64,000 nt of DNA, taken from Escherichia phage Murica. The DNA lies in sequence record NC_041871.1. The stretch is one strand, 5' to 3'. Under the pieces are notes generated by a model. The model ran no database searches, was not told the origin of the DNA, and saw nothing but the letters and a program-made list of their open reading frames with translations. Each line of letters opens with the position of its first letter. Within the stretch, counting starts at the first letter, position 1. The position numbers and the translations under genes are program-made. Of the stretch, positions 9,286 to 18,703 are shown piece after piece.

Positions 9286-11597
9286 TCACCAAGGTAATTA
9301 AAAGCAACGGATGTGAAGTGGCATTCGATCCAGAACGTTTAAATAAGGCAGCTATTTTCGGTGACGACGGTAACGGCAATTGGTCACATATTGCACTGGA
9401 TGCATACAAACGACTGTATGATGGATGTACAACCAAAGAAGTTAACCAAGCTATCATAGACTCCTGTGTTAGCCGTAAAGACGAAGCACATTCCCGTATG
9501 GCTGGTCGTGTTCTTATTGGTCAGATTTATAAAGAGGCTTTTGGAGGGTTTACAAAGATCCCTTCCTTACCATCATTTTACAACGACATGGTTGAGAAAG
9601 GGTATTGGGAGGATATGGGATATAGCTTTACCGAGCTAAACACTTTAGACGCTGTTATTGACCACAGTAAAGATCTCGGTTATGGCTATGCAGTCCTTAA
9701 ACAGTTTCGCGACAAATACGGGATCAAGGATACTCTTAAAGACACCTTGTTTGAATCTCCCCAGATGATGTTTATGGGGATAGCAATGGCTGTCATGAAG
9801 AATATGCCGAAAGAACGTCGTATCAACGATGTTGTAAAATTATACACTTATCTGTCCGACTTAAAGATCAATGCCCCGACACCGTACTTAAACGGGCTGC
9901 GCACAGGTAAGACAGGGTATGCATCTTGTTGTGTAATAAAAGCTGACGATACAGCAAAATCTATTGGTGTGGCACGTGAAGTTGCGTACACAATGACGGT
10001 TAACCAAGCAGGTATCGGCTACTATTTATCATCAAGATCTGCAGGTGATGGTGTTCGCGGTAACACTATTAAACACATGGGTAAGATTCCATATTATCGA
10101 GGTATTGACGCTGGGGTTAAGGAGAACAGGCAACAATCACGTGGCGGTTCTGCAACAGTATCATTCCTTGCACTAGACCCGCAGATTGATGAGCTAATCC
10201 GCTTGAGAAACCCTATGACTGTTGCTTCAAAAAGAATCAACACCATGGACTACTCCATCGGTATTAATAGGTCGTTTATCAACCGTGTGGCTAAGAATTT
10301 AGATTGGATGCTTGTTTCTTATAAGCACGCTCCTCAACTGCATGAGGGTATCTTCACCATGTCTATGGAGGAGTTTGATGCAGAGGTTGATCGTATTGCT
10401 AAAGATGACAGTATCCCTAAAACATGGATCCGAGCCAGAGATCTTGCTGTTGAACTGATCACGCAGCGTACTGAGGTGGGAAGGCTGTATGTATACTGGA
10501 CAGATGAGATGAATAGACATACACCTTTTAAAGATGTGATCTATTCAAGTAACCTGTGTGCAGAAATAGCCCTCCCTACAAAAGGCTATTCAGATATGCG
10601 TAATATCTTCAAGTACGATGCTGATGATGGAGAGGTTGCATTGTGCTTCCTGTCATCTCTTGTAGCTGGAAGGGTTACTCCAGAGGAGTATGAGGATGTT
10701 GCATACTACACGGTGCTTATGATTGACAATGTTATGGAAATCATGACATATCCGTATGAAAATATGGAAAGCACAGTTAAAAAACGCAGATCCATCGGGG
10801 TTGGCCTTACCAATGTTGCACATTTTATTGCCAGCCACAAGGTTACTTACGGATCTCCTGAAAGTAAACAGCTTGTTCACGATCTTGCAGAACTTCACAG
10901 CTACAGCTTGCATAAGGCAAGTTTACGGTTGGCAAAAGAGCGTGGTGTCTGCGAGTGGATGCATAAAACAAAATATCCAGAAGGTTGGTTACCAATCGAC
11001 ACCTATAACAAAGAGGTCGATAGCGTGGTGAAAGATCCTTCTCTTAAACAGGATTGGGAAGGGTTACGTAAAGAAATTATTGAAAATGGTGGGCTACGTA
11101 ATAGCGTTCTTGAAGCATATATGCCTAATGAAAGCTCTTCGCTGGCAACAAACACCACTAACGGGGTTTATCCTGTCCGTGAGCACATTATCTTTAAAAA
11201 GTCGCCACAAGGGCAGGTGCTGTTTATCGTTCCTGACTATGATGAGTTGAAAGAGTATTACACCTCGGCTTGGGACGTTGATACTAACGACATGATCGAT
11301 ATGTATGCTGTGATTCAAAAATTTACAGGTCAGGCAATCAGCGCGGATTTATACATAGATTACACCAAGTTGAAAGATGGTAAAATTTCAATGAAGGAGC
11401 AGCTAGGGTACCTTATCCGTGCCACTAAATTCGGGATGAAGACATGGTATTATTTAAACTCCAGGGTTGGTGCTGGTGACTCATTGGCAGAGGAACTTCA
11501 TGCCAAGAAACAGGCTGAAGATGAAACCAGAAAGAACTACCCTTTGATTGCAGATAGTTCGGTTGAAGATCCGTATTGCGAAAGTTGTGCACTATAA
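9282..11597 (+). CDS. nrdA: ribonucleoside-diphosphate reductase alpha subunit
   Basis: ATP-cone N-terminus; NLCAEIALPTK...EVALCFLSS and C-terminal CESCAL align with E. coli NrdA; TTG start. Confidence 0.95.
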   Translation: MITKVIKSNGCEVAFDPERLNKAAIFGDDGNGNWSHIALDAYKRLYDGCTTKEVNQAIIDSCVSRKDEAHSRMAGRVLIGQIYKEAFGGFTKIPSLPSFYNDMVEKGYWEDMGYSFTELNTLDAVIDHSKDLGYGYAVLKQFRDKYGIKDTLKDTLFESPQMMFMGIAMAVMKNMPKERRINDVVKLYTYLSDLKINAPTPYLNGLRTGKTGYASCCVIKADDTAKSIGVAREVAYTMTVNQAGIGYYLSSRSAGDGVRGNTIKHMGKIPYYRGIDAGVKENRQQSRGGSATVSFLALDPQIDELIRLRNPMTVASKRINTMDYSIGINRSFINRVAKNLDWMLVSYKHAPQLHEGIFTMSMEEFDAEVDRIAKDDSIPKTWIRARDLAVELITQRTEVGRLYVYWTDEMNRHTPFKDVIYSSNLCAEIALPTKGYSDMRNIFKYDADDGEVALCFLSSLVAGRVTPEEYEDVAYYTVLMIDNVMEIMTYPYENMESTVKKRRSIGVGLTNVAHFIASHKVTYGSPESKQLVHDLAELHSYSLHKASLRLAKERGVCEWMHKTKYPEGWLPIDTYNKEVDSVVKDPSLKQDWEGLRKEIIENGGLRNSVLEAYMPNESSSLATNTTNGVYPVREHIIFKKSPQGQVLFIVPDYDELKEYYTSAWDVDTNDMIDMYAVIQKFTGQAISADLYIDYTKLKDGKISMKEQLGYLIRATKFGMKTWYYLNSRVGAGDSLAEELHAKKQAEDETRKNYPLIADSSVEDPYCESCAL

Positions 11598-11603
11598 TTT
11601 TAA

Positions 11604-11623
11604 AGGGGCTTCGGCCCCATTTT
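11604..11623 (+). terminator. nrdA-nrdB intergenic hairpin
   Basis: GGGGC-ttcg-GCCCC then ATTTT. Confidence 0.45.
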
Positions 11624-11636
11624 AGAGGTTAGAATA

Positions 11637-12725
11637 ATGGCTGTATTTAATGCTGAGAACACCGCTCATAAAACTGGTGACTATCCGCTGTTTCTAGGAC
11701 AGCAAATGGGTATGTATGACTCTATCAACAAAAAATATCCACAACTGTTTGAACTATACAAAAAACAAAAAGAGCAAGATTGGGCAGAGGATGAAGTGGA
11801 TTTGTCGCAATCTATTTCAGATTTTGTAACATGCTCCAAGTCAACTTATGACGTGATGGTGCAGACCTTGATGTGGCAATGGGAGGCTGATAGCGTTGCG
11901 GCAAGATCGATCATCTGCCTCTTTTCACCATTCATCACTAATAGTGAGCTTTTCACTCTATTGATGAAACAGTCAGAGATTGAAGTTCTTCACGCACTAA
12001 CTTACTCAGAGATTGTTAGACAATGCCTCCCAAATGCCCGTGAGATTATAGAAGAGATTCAGGAAAACCAAAACGTTCTGAGCAGATCTGGCGTTATTGT
12101 CAAATACATGCAAGAGCTTGAGGTTATTGGTGCAAAATACCGACTGGATCCTTCTAGTGTTGAAGAAGATATTGTGCGGAAATGCATTCTTAGAGCGCTT
12201 TTTGCACTTTTAGCCCTGGAAAGTATTGAGTTTATTGCAAGTTTTGCATGCACTTTCGCAGTAGCTGAACAGGGTATCTTTGTTCAGGTGGCGCAGCTTG
12301 TTCAAAAAATCATGCTTGACGAAATGCTGCATTCGAAAGGTGATTTTGCCATCATTGATATCCTGCTTAATGATCCCGCATGGGAGAAAAGCTTCCTTGA
12401 GATAAAGGGGGAGTTAAAAGAGATTCTTGATGAAGTACGAACCAAAGAGTACGGTTGGAGTGACTATATTTTCAGCGAAGGAAGAGCGATTATAGGTCTT
12501 AACTCACCGTTGCTTAAAGAATGGGTTGACTATAACTGCTCACCGATTTATGATTACTACGACATCGACAAAGACTTTGTGCCGCCAACAAAGGACCCGC
12601 TACCGTTTATGCAGGTGTGGATGAAACCTTCATTGCAACAGACGGCAAACCAAGAAATGTCGAACACTGACTACCGCGTCAACACAACTGTTAATGACGC
12701 TGAAGAAGAAATTTGGGAGTTTTAA
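11637..12725 (+). CDS. nrdB: ribonucleoside-diphosphate reductase beta subunit
   Basis: Follows nrdA; 362 aa with di-iron carboxylate helices (EVLHALTYSE); GAGGT SD. Confidence 0.85.
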   Translation: MAVFNAENTAHKTGDYPLFLGQQMGMYDSINKKYPQLFELYKKQKEQDWAEDEVDLSQSISDFVTCSKSTYDVMVQTLMWQWEADSVAARSIICLFSPFITNSELFTLLMKQSEIEVLHALTYSEIVRQCLPNAREIIEEIQENQNVLSRSGVIVKYMQELEVIGAKYRLDPSSVEEDIVRKCILRALFALLALESIEFIASFACTFAVAEQGIFVQVAQLVQKIMLDEMLHSKGDFAIIDILLNDPAWEKSFLEIKGELKEILDEVRTKEYGWSDYIFSEGRAIIGLNSPLLKEWVDYNCSPIYDYYDIDKDFVPPTKDPLPFMQVWMKPSLQQTANQEMSNTDYRVNTTVNDAEEEIWEF

Positions 12726-12728
12726 TAC

Positions 12729-13007
12729 ATGAGCTGTGAAAAATCTTTTTTCTTTATTATTTACGGTAAAGATAACTGCCCACATTGTGTAAGAGCAAAA
12801 GAATTTGCAGTCAGTAAAGGTCTGCCTTTTGTATATAAGACACTTGGCGAGGGTTACACAAAAGAAGAGCTTATTGAGAAGTGCAGTCCAATCGTACCCA
12901 GAACGTTGCCGCAGATCTTCTTAGAAAGCAATCTTGAAAGTGTCCATATAGGCGGTGCCGACGATTTCATCTCTTTTGTTAAGAATGGTTTTGGAGAGAA
13001 AAAGTGA
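12729..13007 (+). CDS. glutaredoxin (T4 NrdC-like)
   Basis: CPHC active site; LPQIF...HIGGADDF matches T4 glutaredoxin. Confidence 0.8.
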   Translation: MSCEKSFFFIIYGKDNCPHCVRAKEFAVSKGLPFVYKTLGEGYTKEELIEKCSPIVPRTLPQIFLESNLESVHIGGADDFISFVKNGFGEKK

Positions 13008-15127
13008 AAGTTGTAAAACGGGACGGTAGAGAAGAGGTCTATAACGGAATTAAGGTGATCAAGGCGGCAGAGTCCGCCTTACTTGAGTCTGGACATACTG
13101 AAGAAGAAGCTTACCGGATCGCTTGTGCGGTTAATGAAGTTGTTGCTAACAATCTACCAACCGACCAGTGCACAATCTCTGTAAAAAATATCCATATCCT
13201 TGTTGAAGATGCTCTTATGGATATGGGTTTAAAATGTGCAGCCAGAGAATACATCCAGTATAGACAGACAAGAGATAATAACAGAGAGGCAGGTGGAAAA
13301 CTGCTTGCAGATATTAGTGGCTTCTTGGATCGAACTTGTGATGAATTTACAAAAGAAAACGCAAATAAGCCTACCAATCATGTACACACTCATCGTGACC
13401 TGCTTGCAGGCATCCTTAGCAAACACCTTGCATCAACACAGATCCTGCCAGACCGTGTCTCAGAAGAGCACAATAAAGGCTTCATCCATGTGCATGATCT
13501 TGACTACTTGATCAGTCCGTTAACAAACTGTTGTTTGGTAAATTATCCAGATATGTTGGAAAACGGATTCAACATTGGTAACGCCCATGTCAGTAAGCCG
13601 AAGTCAATAGGGGTTGCAACAACAATCCTTAGCCAAATCTCTAGTGCGGTAGCTAGTGCTCAATATGGGGGTCAGACTATGAGCCATATTGATCATTATC
13701 TGGCACAGTATGCTGAGGCGACTTATGAGAAGAACCTTAAATTTTGCCAGGAACATTGGTTGCCAGATGCTGAGACTGTTGCAATGCAGATGACAGATAA
13801 AGACGTATTTGACAGCATGCAGACTTTACTCTATCAAATCAATACGTTAACTTCTGTCAACGGGCAAACCCCATTCATCACATTAAGTTTAGGTCTGGAC
13901 ACCTCAGTCTTTGGTAGAATGATTACCAAAAACTACTTGAAAGTCCACAAAATGGGTCTTGGTGAAGAACGTATCACACCTGTGTTCCCTAAAGTGTTGT
14001 TCTTCCTAGAAGAGGGTGTCAACATGAACCCTGGAGATCCTAACTATGATTTGAAACGATTAGCTCTGGAATGCTCTGCAGAGCGGATTTATCCTGACTT
14101 TGTTTCTGTTCCACTAAATCGTAAAGTGACAGGCTCGACAGATGGCAAAGTAACGAGCATGGGTTGCCGGAGTTTTCTTAGCAAATACAGTGACTTGGAA
14201 ACAGGCGAGGAGAAATATCTTGGCAGATTTAACTTAGGCGTTGTTAGCCTTAACCTACCAATGATTGCGGCAAAAGCTAAGACGGAAGGTGTTGATTTCT
14301 TTGCAGTTCTTGACGAATACTTGGATCTTGCATACGAGGCTCACCTTGTAAGGGTTAACCGTCTAAAAGGAACAAAGGCAGGGCAGAACCCCATCATGTG
14401 GTGTGAAGGAGCTCTTGCTCGCCTGGATCCTGAAGAGAGTGTTGATAAACTCTTCTATGACGGGTACGCTTCCATCAGTATTGGGTATATTGGTGTGTAT
14501 GAAACCTGTCAGATTTTGGGTAGAGAGGGTGACAAGGCTTTAGCTCTTGGAATCCTTCAGCACATGAGAGATGCTTGTGAGCGATACAAGAAGGAAAGTA
14601 GACTAGCGTTTAGCTTGTACGGCACTCCTTCTGAGAGTCTATGCTATAAAGCTGCAACCTGTCTGGATCGTGAATATCCGGAAGTGTTGAAGCACGAGCA
14701 TGAATATCTCACCAACAGTTTCCATCAGCCAGTATGGATAAATAGCTCTCCTTTTGATAAGTGGGAGTATGAGGAAGGTTTTGCTATGATCTCCTCTGGT
14801 GGCAACATCGGATACGTAGAGACACCTAACCTGAAAAACAACTTGGATGCTTTAGAGGCTCTTGTTGACTTCGGGTATAAACACATTATGTATTTTGGTA
14901 TTAACCAACCTGTGGATAAATGTCTCAAGTGTGGTTTCTCTGGTGAGTTCAGTGCAACAGCTAAAGGGTTCTGCTGCCCTGCGTGCGGATGCCACGATGA
15001 ACAATATATCTCAGTGATCCGAAGAGTGTCTGGATATCTTTCCAGTCCTAACTCCCGTCCTTACAATAAAGGTAAGCAAGCGGAAGTTATCGAGCGAGTT
15101 AAGCACTACGGAAGTTGTGGTTGCTGA
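13004..15127 (+). CDS. nrdD: anaerobic ribonucleoside-triphosphate reductase
   Basis: HRDLLAGILSKH, NGQTPFITLSLGLDTS, C-terminal Cys cluster and glycyl-radical RVSGYLSSP align with E. coli NrdD; GTG start. Confidence 0.95.
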   Translation: MKVVKRDGREEVYNGIKVIKAAESALLESGHTEEEAYRIACAVNEVVANNLPTDQCTISVKNIHILVEDALMDMGLKCAAREYIQYRQTRDNNREAGGKLLADISGFLDRTCDEFTKENANKPTNHVHTHRDLLAGILSKHLASTQILPDRVSEEHNKGFIHVHDLDYLISPLTNCCLVNYPDMLENGFNIGNAHVSKPKSIGVATTILSQISSAVASAQYGGQTMSHIDHYLAQYAEATYEKNLKFCQEHWLPDAETVAMQMTDKDVFDSMQTLLYQINTLTSVNGQTPFITLSLGLDTSVFGRMITKNYLKVHKMGLGEERITPVFPKVLFFLEEGVNMNPGDPNYDLKRLALECSAERIYPDFVSVPLNRKVTGSTDGKVTSMGCRSFLSKYSDLETGEEKYLGRFNLGVVSLNLPMIAAKAKTEGVDFFAVLDEYLDLAYEAHLVRVNRLKGTKAGQNPIMWCEGALARLDPEESVDKLFYDGYASISIGYIGVYETCQILGREGDKALALGILQHMRDACERYKKESRLAFSLYGTPSESLCYKAATCLDREYPEVLKHEHEYLTNSFHQPVWINSSPFDKWEYEEGFAMISSGGNIGYVETPNLKNNLDALEALVDFGYKHIMYFGINQPVDKCLKCGFSGEFSATAKGFCCPACGCHDEQYISVIRRVSGYLSSPNSRPYNKGKQAEVIERVKHYGSCGC

Positions 15128-15130
15128 TTC

Positions 15131-15162
15131 TTGACAAAAGCCACAAGGATGTGGCATATTAT
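15131..15162 (+). promoter_or_regulatory. sigma70-like promoter with palindrome in spacer
   Basis: TTGACA (15131-15136), palindrome GCCACAAGGATGTGGC (15140-15155), TATTAT (15157-15162). Confidence 0.45.
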
Positions 15163-15190
15163 TGACACACAGTGAGCTAGGAGGTGCAGT

Positions 15191-15307
15191 ATGTCATCAG
15201 GTATTTATAAAATTTGCAAGTGCGGCTGTAGTTGCAATCTTCGTTGGTGCAAGGCACTAGACGATTTTATTTGGCATTGCCCTAAATGTGATGCGGAGTA
15301 TCTATGA
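15191..15307 (+). CDS. cysteine-rich miniprotein (38 aa)
   Basis: MSSGIYKICKCGCSCNLRWCKALDDFIWHCPKCDAEYL; AGGAGG SD; stop overlaps nrdG start. Confidence 0.5.
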   Translation: MSSGIYKICKCGCSCNLRWCKALDDFIWHCPKCDAEYL

Positions 15308-15777
15308 ACATTGTCGGATACGCAGAAATATCTTACACCGAAGGGCCAGGTATTAGAACTGCCTTGTGGGTATCTGGGTGCCCACACGCTTGCCCTGGTT
15401 GCTTTAATCAGGCATTTTGGTCAAAAGATAAGGGGAGGGAGTTCACTGAAGAAGACTTGCAAAAAATCTTGTCAGGTTTAGATAACCCGTCTGTGTGCGG
15501 TATCTCTCTGCTGGGTGGAGAACCCTTAGCATACTATAATGAGCCAGATATTATTAGCCTGATGGAGAAAATTAAGGAAAAATTTGGTGACAAGAAAACT
15601 ATTCTTGTATATACTGGGTTCACATTTGACCATATCTCTAGTGATGTTCTTAAACTGGCTGATATCATCATTGACGGTAAGTATGTAAAAGATTTACCAA
15701 CCAAGAAACCGTTCCGAGGCAGTGATAACCAAAGAATGTTTAAAAAAGTATCAGGCGGTTGGGTTCAGGTAGACTAG
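15304..15777 (+). CDS. nrdG: anaerobic ribonucleotide reductase activating protein (radical SAM)
   Basis: GPGIRTALWVSGCPHACPGCFN aligns with E. coli NrdG. Confidence 0.95.
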   Translation: MNIVGYAEISYTEGPGIRTALWVSGCPHACPGCFNQAFWSKDKGREFTEEDLQKILSGLDNPSVCGISLLGGEPLAYYNEPDIISLMEKIKEKFGDKKTILVYTGFTFDHISSDVLKLADIIIDGKYVKDLPTKKPFRGSDNQRMFKKVSGGWVQVD

Positions 15778-15780
15778 TTG

Positions 15781-15810
15781 TTGACAAAGCTTTGTTTAGA
15801 TAGGTATAAT
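15781..15810 (+). promoter_or_regulatory. sigma70-like promoter
   Basis: TTGACA (15781-15786), 18 nt, TATAAT (15805-15810); palindrome CAAAGCTTTG overlaps -35. Confidence 0.5.
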
Positions 15811-15841
15811 TATCGTAAAATGAAAGCAGAGGAGGTGCCAA

Positions 15842-15955
15842 ATGGCTAAAAAAGCCTTGAAGAAGGCGTACAAGAAAGAGATTGCGCTTGAGCTTAAGAA
15901 AAAACACAAGCGTGAAAAGAAACATCATGAAGATGAAGAGGGGGTGCAACAGTGA
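15842..15955 (+). CDS. lysine-rich miniprotein (37 aa)
   Basis: MAKKALKKAYKKEIALELKKKHKREKKHHEDEEGVQQ; GGAGGT SD. Confidence 0.45.
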   Translation: MAKKALKKAYKKEIALELKKKHKREKKHHEDEEGVQQ

Positions 15956-16302
15956 CACAAGAACGTATCGATTTGGCTAATAAGTTTGTAGATCTCATTT
16001 TGCCACGGTTAGTTACTCAACATGCAGATGCTATTTCTACTAATCTTGATGGCTTACGCCTAATGCTGAATCGCACAGATGACCCTCGTATTCGGGCTGA
16101 TTTAGAAGCCTCTGCCAACAAACTGGAAAAGTTCTTGCAAGTAGACACGCAAGAAGCCTTGCACAAGATTATGGTGGAAGGTTTCTCTAAAGAATTTACC
16201 ATTAAAGAGCTTAAGGAGCTGATCCACCAAGAAGAGATGAATATCCGAGTTCAGGCTGTTGCAAGCAGCATGGAAGCGGCTATTGAAAAACTGTTGCAGT
16301 AA
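15952..16302 (+). CDS. hypothetical protein
   Basis: GTG start overlapping upstream stop; 116 codons. Confidence 0.45.
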   Translation: MTQERIDLANKFVDLILPRLVTQHADAISTNLDGLRLMLNRTDDPRIRADLEASANKLEKFLQVDTQEALHKIMVEGFSKEFTIKELKELIHQEEMNIRVQAVASSMEAAIEKLLQ

Positions 16303-16340
16303 AAGTACTTGGCACATCTCAATCTGAAAGGAGTCCCAAC

Positions 16341-17129
16341 ATGGGTCGAGCTAAAGAAACAAAACGCATGCGTGATGAAGCTAGAGAGGCTCGCAAATCT
16401 GATCGCCTGCGTAAGGCTGCTGAGAAATTTGCTGACGAAAGAGAGCACACCGCTCCAGCTCTCCGACCAATGAATAAGAAGCAGCAAAAGTATCTTGATT
16501 ATCTAGGGTCACGTAAGATTATTATTGTAAACGGTGTGTTTGGATCCGGTAAGACATTCATGGCATCTGCATATGCAGGTGATCTTCTGCGTAAGAACGA
16601 GATTGATAAGATTATTGTTGCACGTCCTTACGTTCAGACAGGAAAGACTTCAGGATTTAAACCTGGAAATGCAATGCAGAAACTGTGGCCCTATCTTCGA
16701 AGCATGATGGACACGATTTGTCGTCGTGTTGGCAAAGGTGCTTTTGCCGCAATGCTGGGAGACGGTCAGAACAGCCGTATCGAGATTTGTGAAGTTGAAA
16801 GCATTCGTGGTCGTAGTTTCGATGAGCGATGCTTTGTCCTGATTGACGAGGCACAGCAAACTAACCCTGAAGAAATGTTGTCAATTATCACAAGGATCTC
16901 TGATCAAGCCACCCTTGTAATTATGGGTGATAATAGCCAACGTGACATCCCTGGTAAATCTGGCCTTGCATGGGTGACGGATTTCTTTACTCGTCATCCA
17001 GATCCTGAGGTTGGAATGATCAGCTTTGATAGTCCAGACGATGTCGTTCGTTCCGGGTTGGGTCGTCAGATCGCACTCAATCTTATTGATGATCGTGCAA
17101 ATCATATTTGGACCCCTGTTTCCGAGTAA
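16341..17129 (+). CDS. phoH: PhoH-like ATPase
   Basis: Walker A GVFGSGKTFMA, Walker B FVLIDEAQ; AAGGAG SD. Confidence 0.75.
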   Translation: MGRAKETKRMRDEAREARKSDRLRKAAEKFADEREHTAPALRPMNKKQQKYLDYLGSRKIIIVNGVFGSGKTFMASAYAGDLLRKNEIDKIIVARPYVQTGKTSGFKPGNAMQKLWPYLRSMMDTICRRVGKGAFAAMLGDGQNSRIEICEVESIRGRSFDERCFVLIDEAQQTNPEEMLSIITRISDQATLVIMGDNSQRDIPGKSGLAWVTDFFTRHPDPEVGMISFDSPDDVVRSGLGRQIALNLIDDRANHIWTPVSE

Positions 17130-17134
17130 TACAG

Positions 17135-17155
17135 AAGGGTGGTTATTCCACCCTT
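17135..17155 (+). other. stem-loop after phoH (no U-tract)
   Basis: AAGGGTGG-ttatt-CCACCCTT. Confidence 0.35.
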
Positions 17156-17173
17156 AAATATCTAAAACAGTTG

Positions 17174-17202
17174 TTGACAAATAGGTAAGCTTTAGATATT
17201 AT
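17174..17202 (+). promoter_or_regulatory. sigma70-like promoter
   Basis: TTGACA (17174-17179), 17 nt, TATTAT (17197-17202). Confidence 0.5.
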
Positions 17203-17230
17203 TATCGGACAAAACAGAGAGAAGGACAGT

Positions 17231-17542
17231 ATGGCTACAATACAAGAGAAACTGAATAAAATATACTGCCTGTTTGTCTATAACGGCGAGACAATTTTGG
17301 CAAATAAGGGATCCAAGAATGTGTGGACCAAGGACAGCGGTGGTAATATAATTAACTTAGCGTTGCTACGTGAGCGCCGACACAGATTCTTTATCGAGTC
17401 TAGAATTATTGAAAGCAGCACTTGCTACAGAACAGGCGATAAAGTAATTGTTGACAATGATACGTGGTATGTGGTAGACTGGCAATCATTGAGTTGTGAT
17501 GCTTCTGACAATCGTAAGTATTCCATAGTGATTGCTAAATAA
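17231..17542 (+). CDS. hypothetical protein
   Basis: ATG after AGAGAGAAGGA; 103 codons. Confidence 0.5.
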   Translation: MATIQEKLNKIYCLFVYNGETILANKGSKNVWTKDSGGNIINLALLRERRHRFFIESRIIESSTCYRTGDKVIVDNDTWYVVDWQSLSCDASDNRKYSIVIAK

Positions 17543-17602
17543 AGGTAAATGTGAATCAGGTTTAAATAAATAGCTTTCAACTTCCAATATTAAGGATTTC
17601 TC

Positions 17603-18652
17603 ATGAATTTAACACCTCGCAGAACCATGGTACACGGCATGAAAGAAAAACAGAACGGTTTCGAACCTATGAGTAATAAAATGTTTGGTATGCCGGGCGG
17701 TATCATGGAAACATACAGCTACCCAACACCTGTTGTTGACCACGTTCTTTATATCGACGATTTGGAAGACTTACAAGATCATATGTCTCGCCTGCAGACG
17801 ATCCGTATGGCTCAGCCTGAAGAAAGCATTCGAGTGATCATTAACAGCCCTGGTGGTTGCGTGCACATTGCGATGGCTTATCTGCAGGCATTCCGCGAGT
17901 CTCAGGCAAGCGTTGTTGCACATGCTGAAGGAATGTGCTGCTCTGCGGGAACAATCTTATGGCTGGGTTGCAAAGAACGCACTGTGGCTCCGGACACAGA
18001 GTTTATGTTCCACTACTATCAAGGTGGCACTTATGGTAACGGTGTGAACATGAATACTCAGGTCAGCTACTGGAAAAAACGTTTTGAACGCCTGATTGAA
18101 AAATACTACGGTGGGGTGCTGACAGAAGATGAGATCGCATCCATCACAGCTGGTGGCGAAGTGTGGTTGGACGGAGAAGAGCTGGCAGCACGCACTGGAG
18201 CTATTATTCTGGATGAAGGCAACATACAACGCATCCAGAACGGACAAAAACCGAAAAAGCTTCTGGCAAAAGGTGATGAAGAAGGCGTGTTAGGTGAAGC
18301 AGGTCTCCCGGAGATTCACCAGTGCACATCTTTAGATGAGTTAGTTCATGCTGTTGAATCTGCAAAAGCGGGTGGTTCGAAAGGTGATGTTCACACTGTG
18401 TTCCTGAATCTGCAGATGGAAAGTGGCGAGACCGTCAGAATTGCCCTGGGTGAGATTACTTCAGAAGATCTGCAGAGATTCTCTGTCGTTGAACTTCAGG
18501 ATATTCTGTCTCAATTGAAGACTACTCTGAACGGCGGTGAAGAGGTTAAGGTGAAAGATAAGACTCGCAAGCGTCTGGTGGACAATATTATTAAAACAGC
18601 AAAAGAGCTCAATGAAAAAATCCTGGGTGCAGGAATTGTCGAAGAAGCTTAA
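17603..18652 (+). CDS. ClpP-family serine peptidase-like protein
   Basis: INSPGG, Ser in MCCSAGT, His in FMFHYYQGG parallel ClpP INSPGG / AASMG / MIHQPLGG; about 150 extra C-terminal residues. Confidence 0.55.
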   Translation: MNLTPRRTMVHGMKEKQNGFEPMSNKMFGMPGGIMETYSYPTPVVDHVLYIDDLEDLQDHMSRLQTIRMAQPEESIRVIINSPGGCVHIAMAYLQAFRESQASVVAHAEGMCCSAGTILWLGCKERTVAPDTEFMFHYYQGGTYGNGVNMNTQVSYWKKRFERLIEKYYGGVLTEDEIASITAGGEVWLDGEELAARTGAIILDEGNIQRIQNGQKPKKLLAKGDEEGVLGEAGLPEIHQCTSLDELVHAVESAKAGGSKGDVHTVFLNLQMESGETVRIALGEITSEDLQRFSVVELQDILSQLKTTLNGGEEVKVKDKTRKRLVDNIIKTAKELNEKILGAGIVEEA

Positions 18653-18663
18653 ACATTAATTCT

Positions 18664-18688
18664 AAAGCCCTCTTCGGAGGGCTTTTAT
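18664..18688 (+). terminator. intrinsic terminator
   Basis: AGCCCTC-ttcg-GAGGGCT then TTTTAT. Confidence 0.6.
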
Positions 18689-18703
18689 GATCTGGAGATT
18701 TGC

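Noticed and set aside
891-18247. Antisense and nested ORFs inside large enzyme genes (for example 891-1145, 10299-10520, 13111-13377, 17957-18247)
   Set aside because: Embedded in genes with strong homology-like motifs on the other strand or frame; no start signals.
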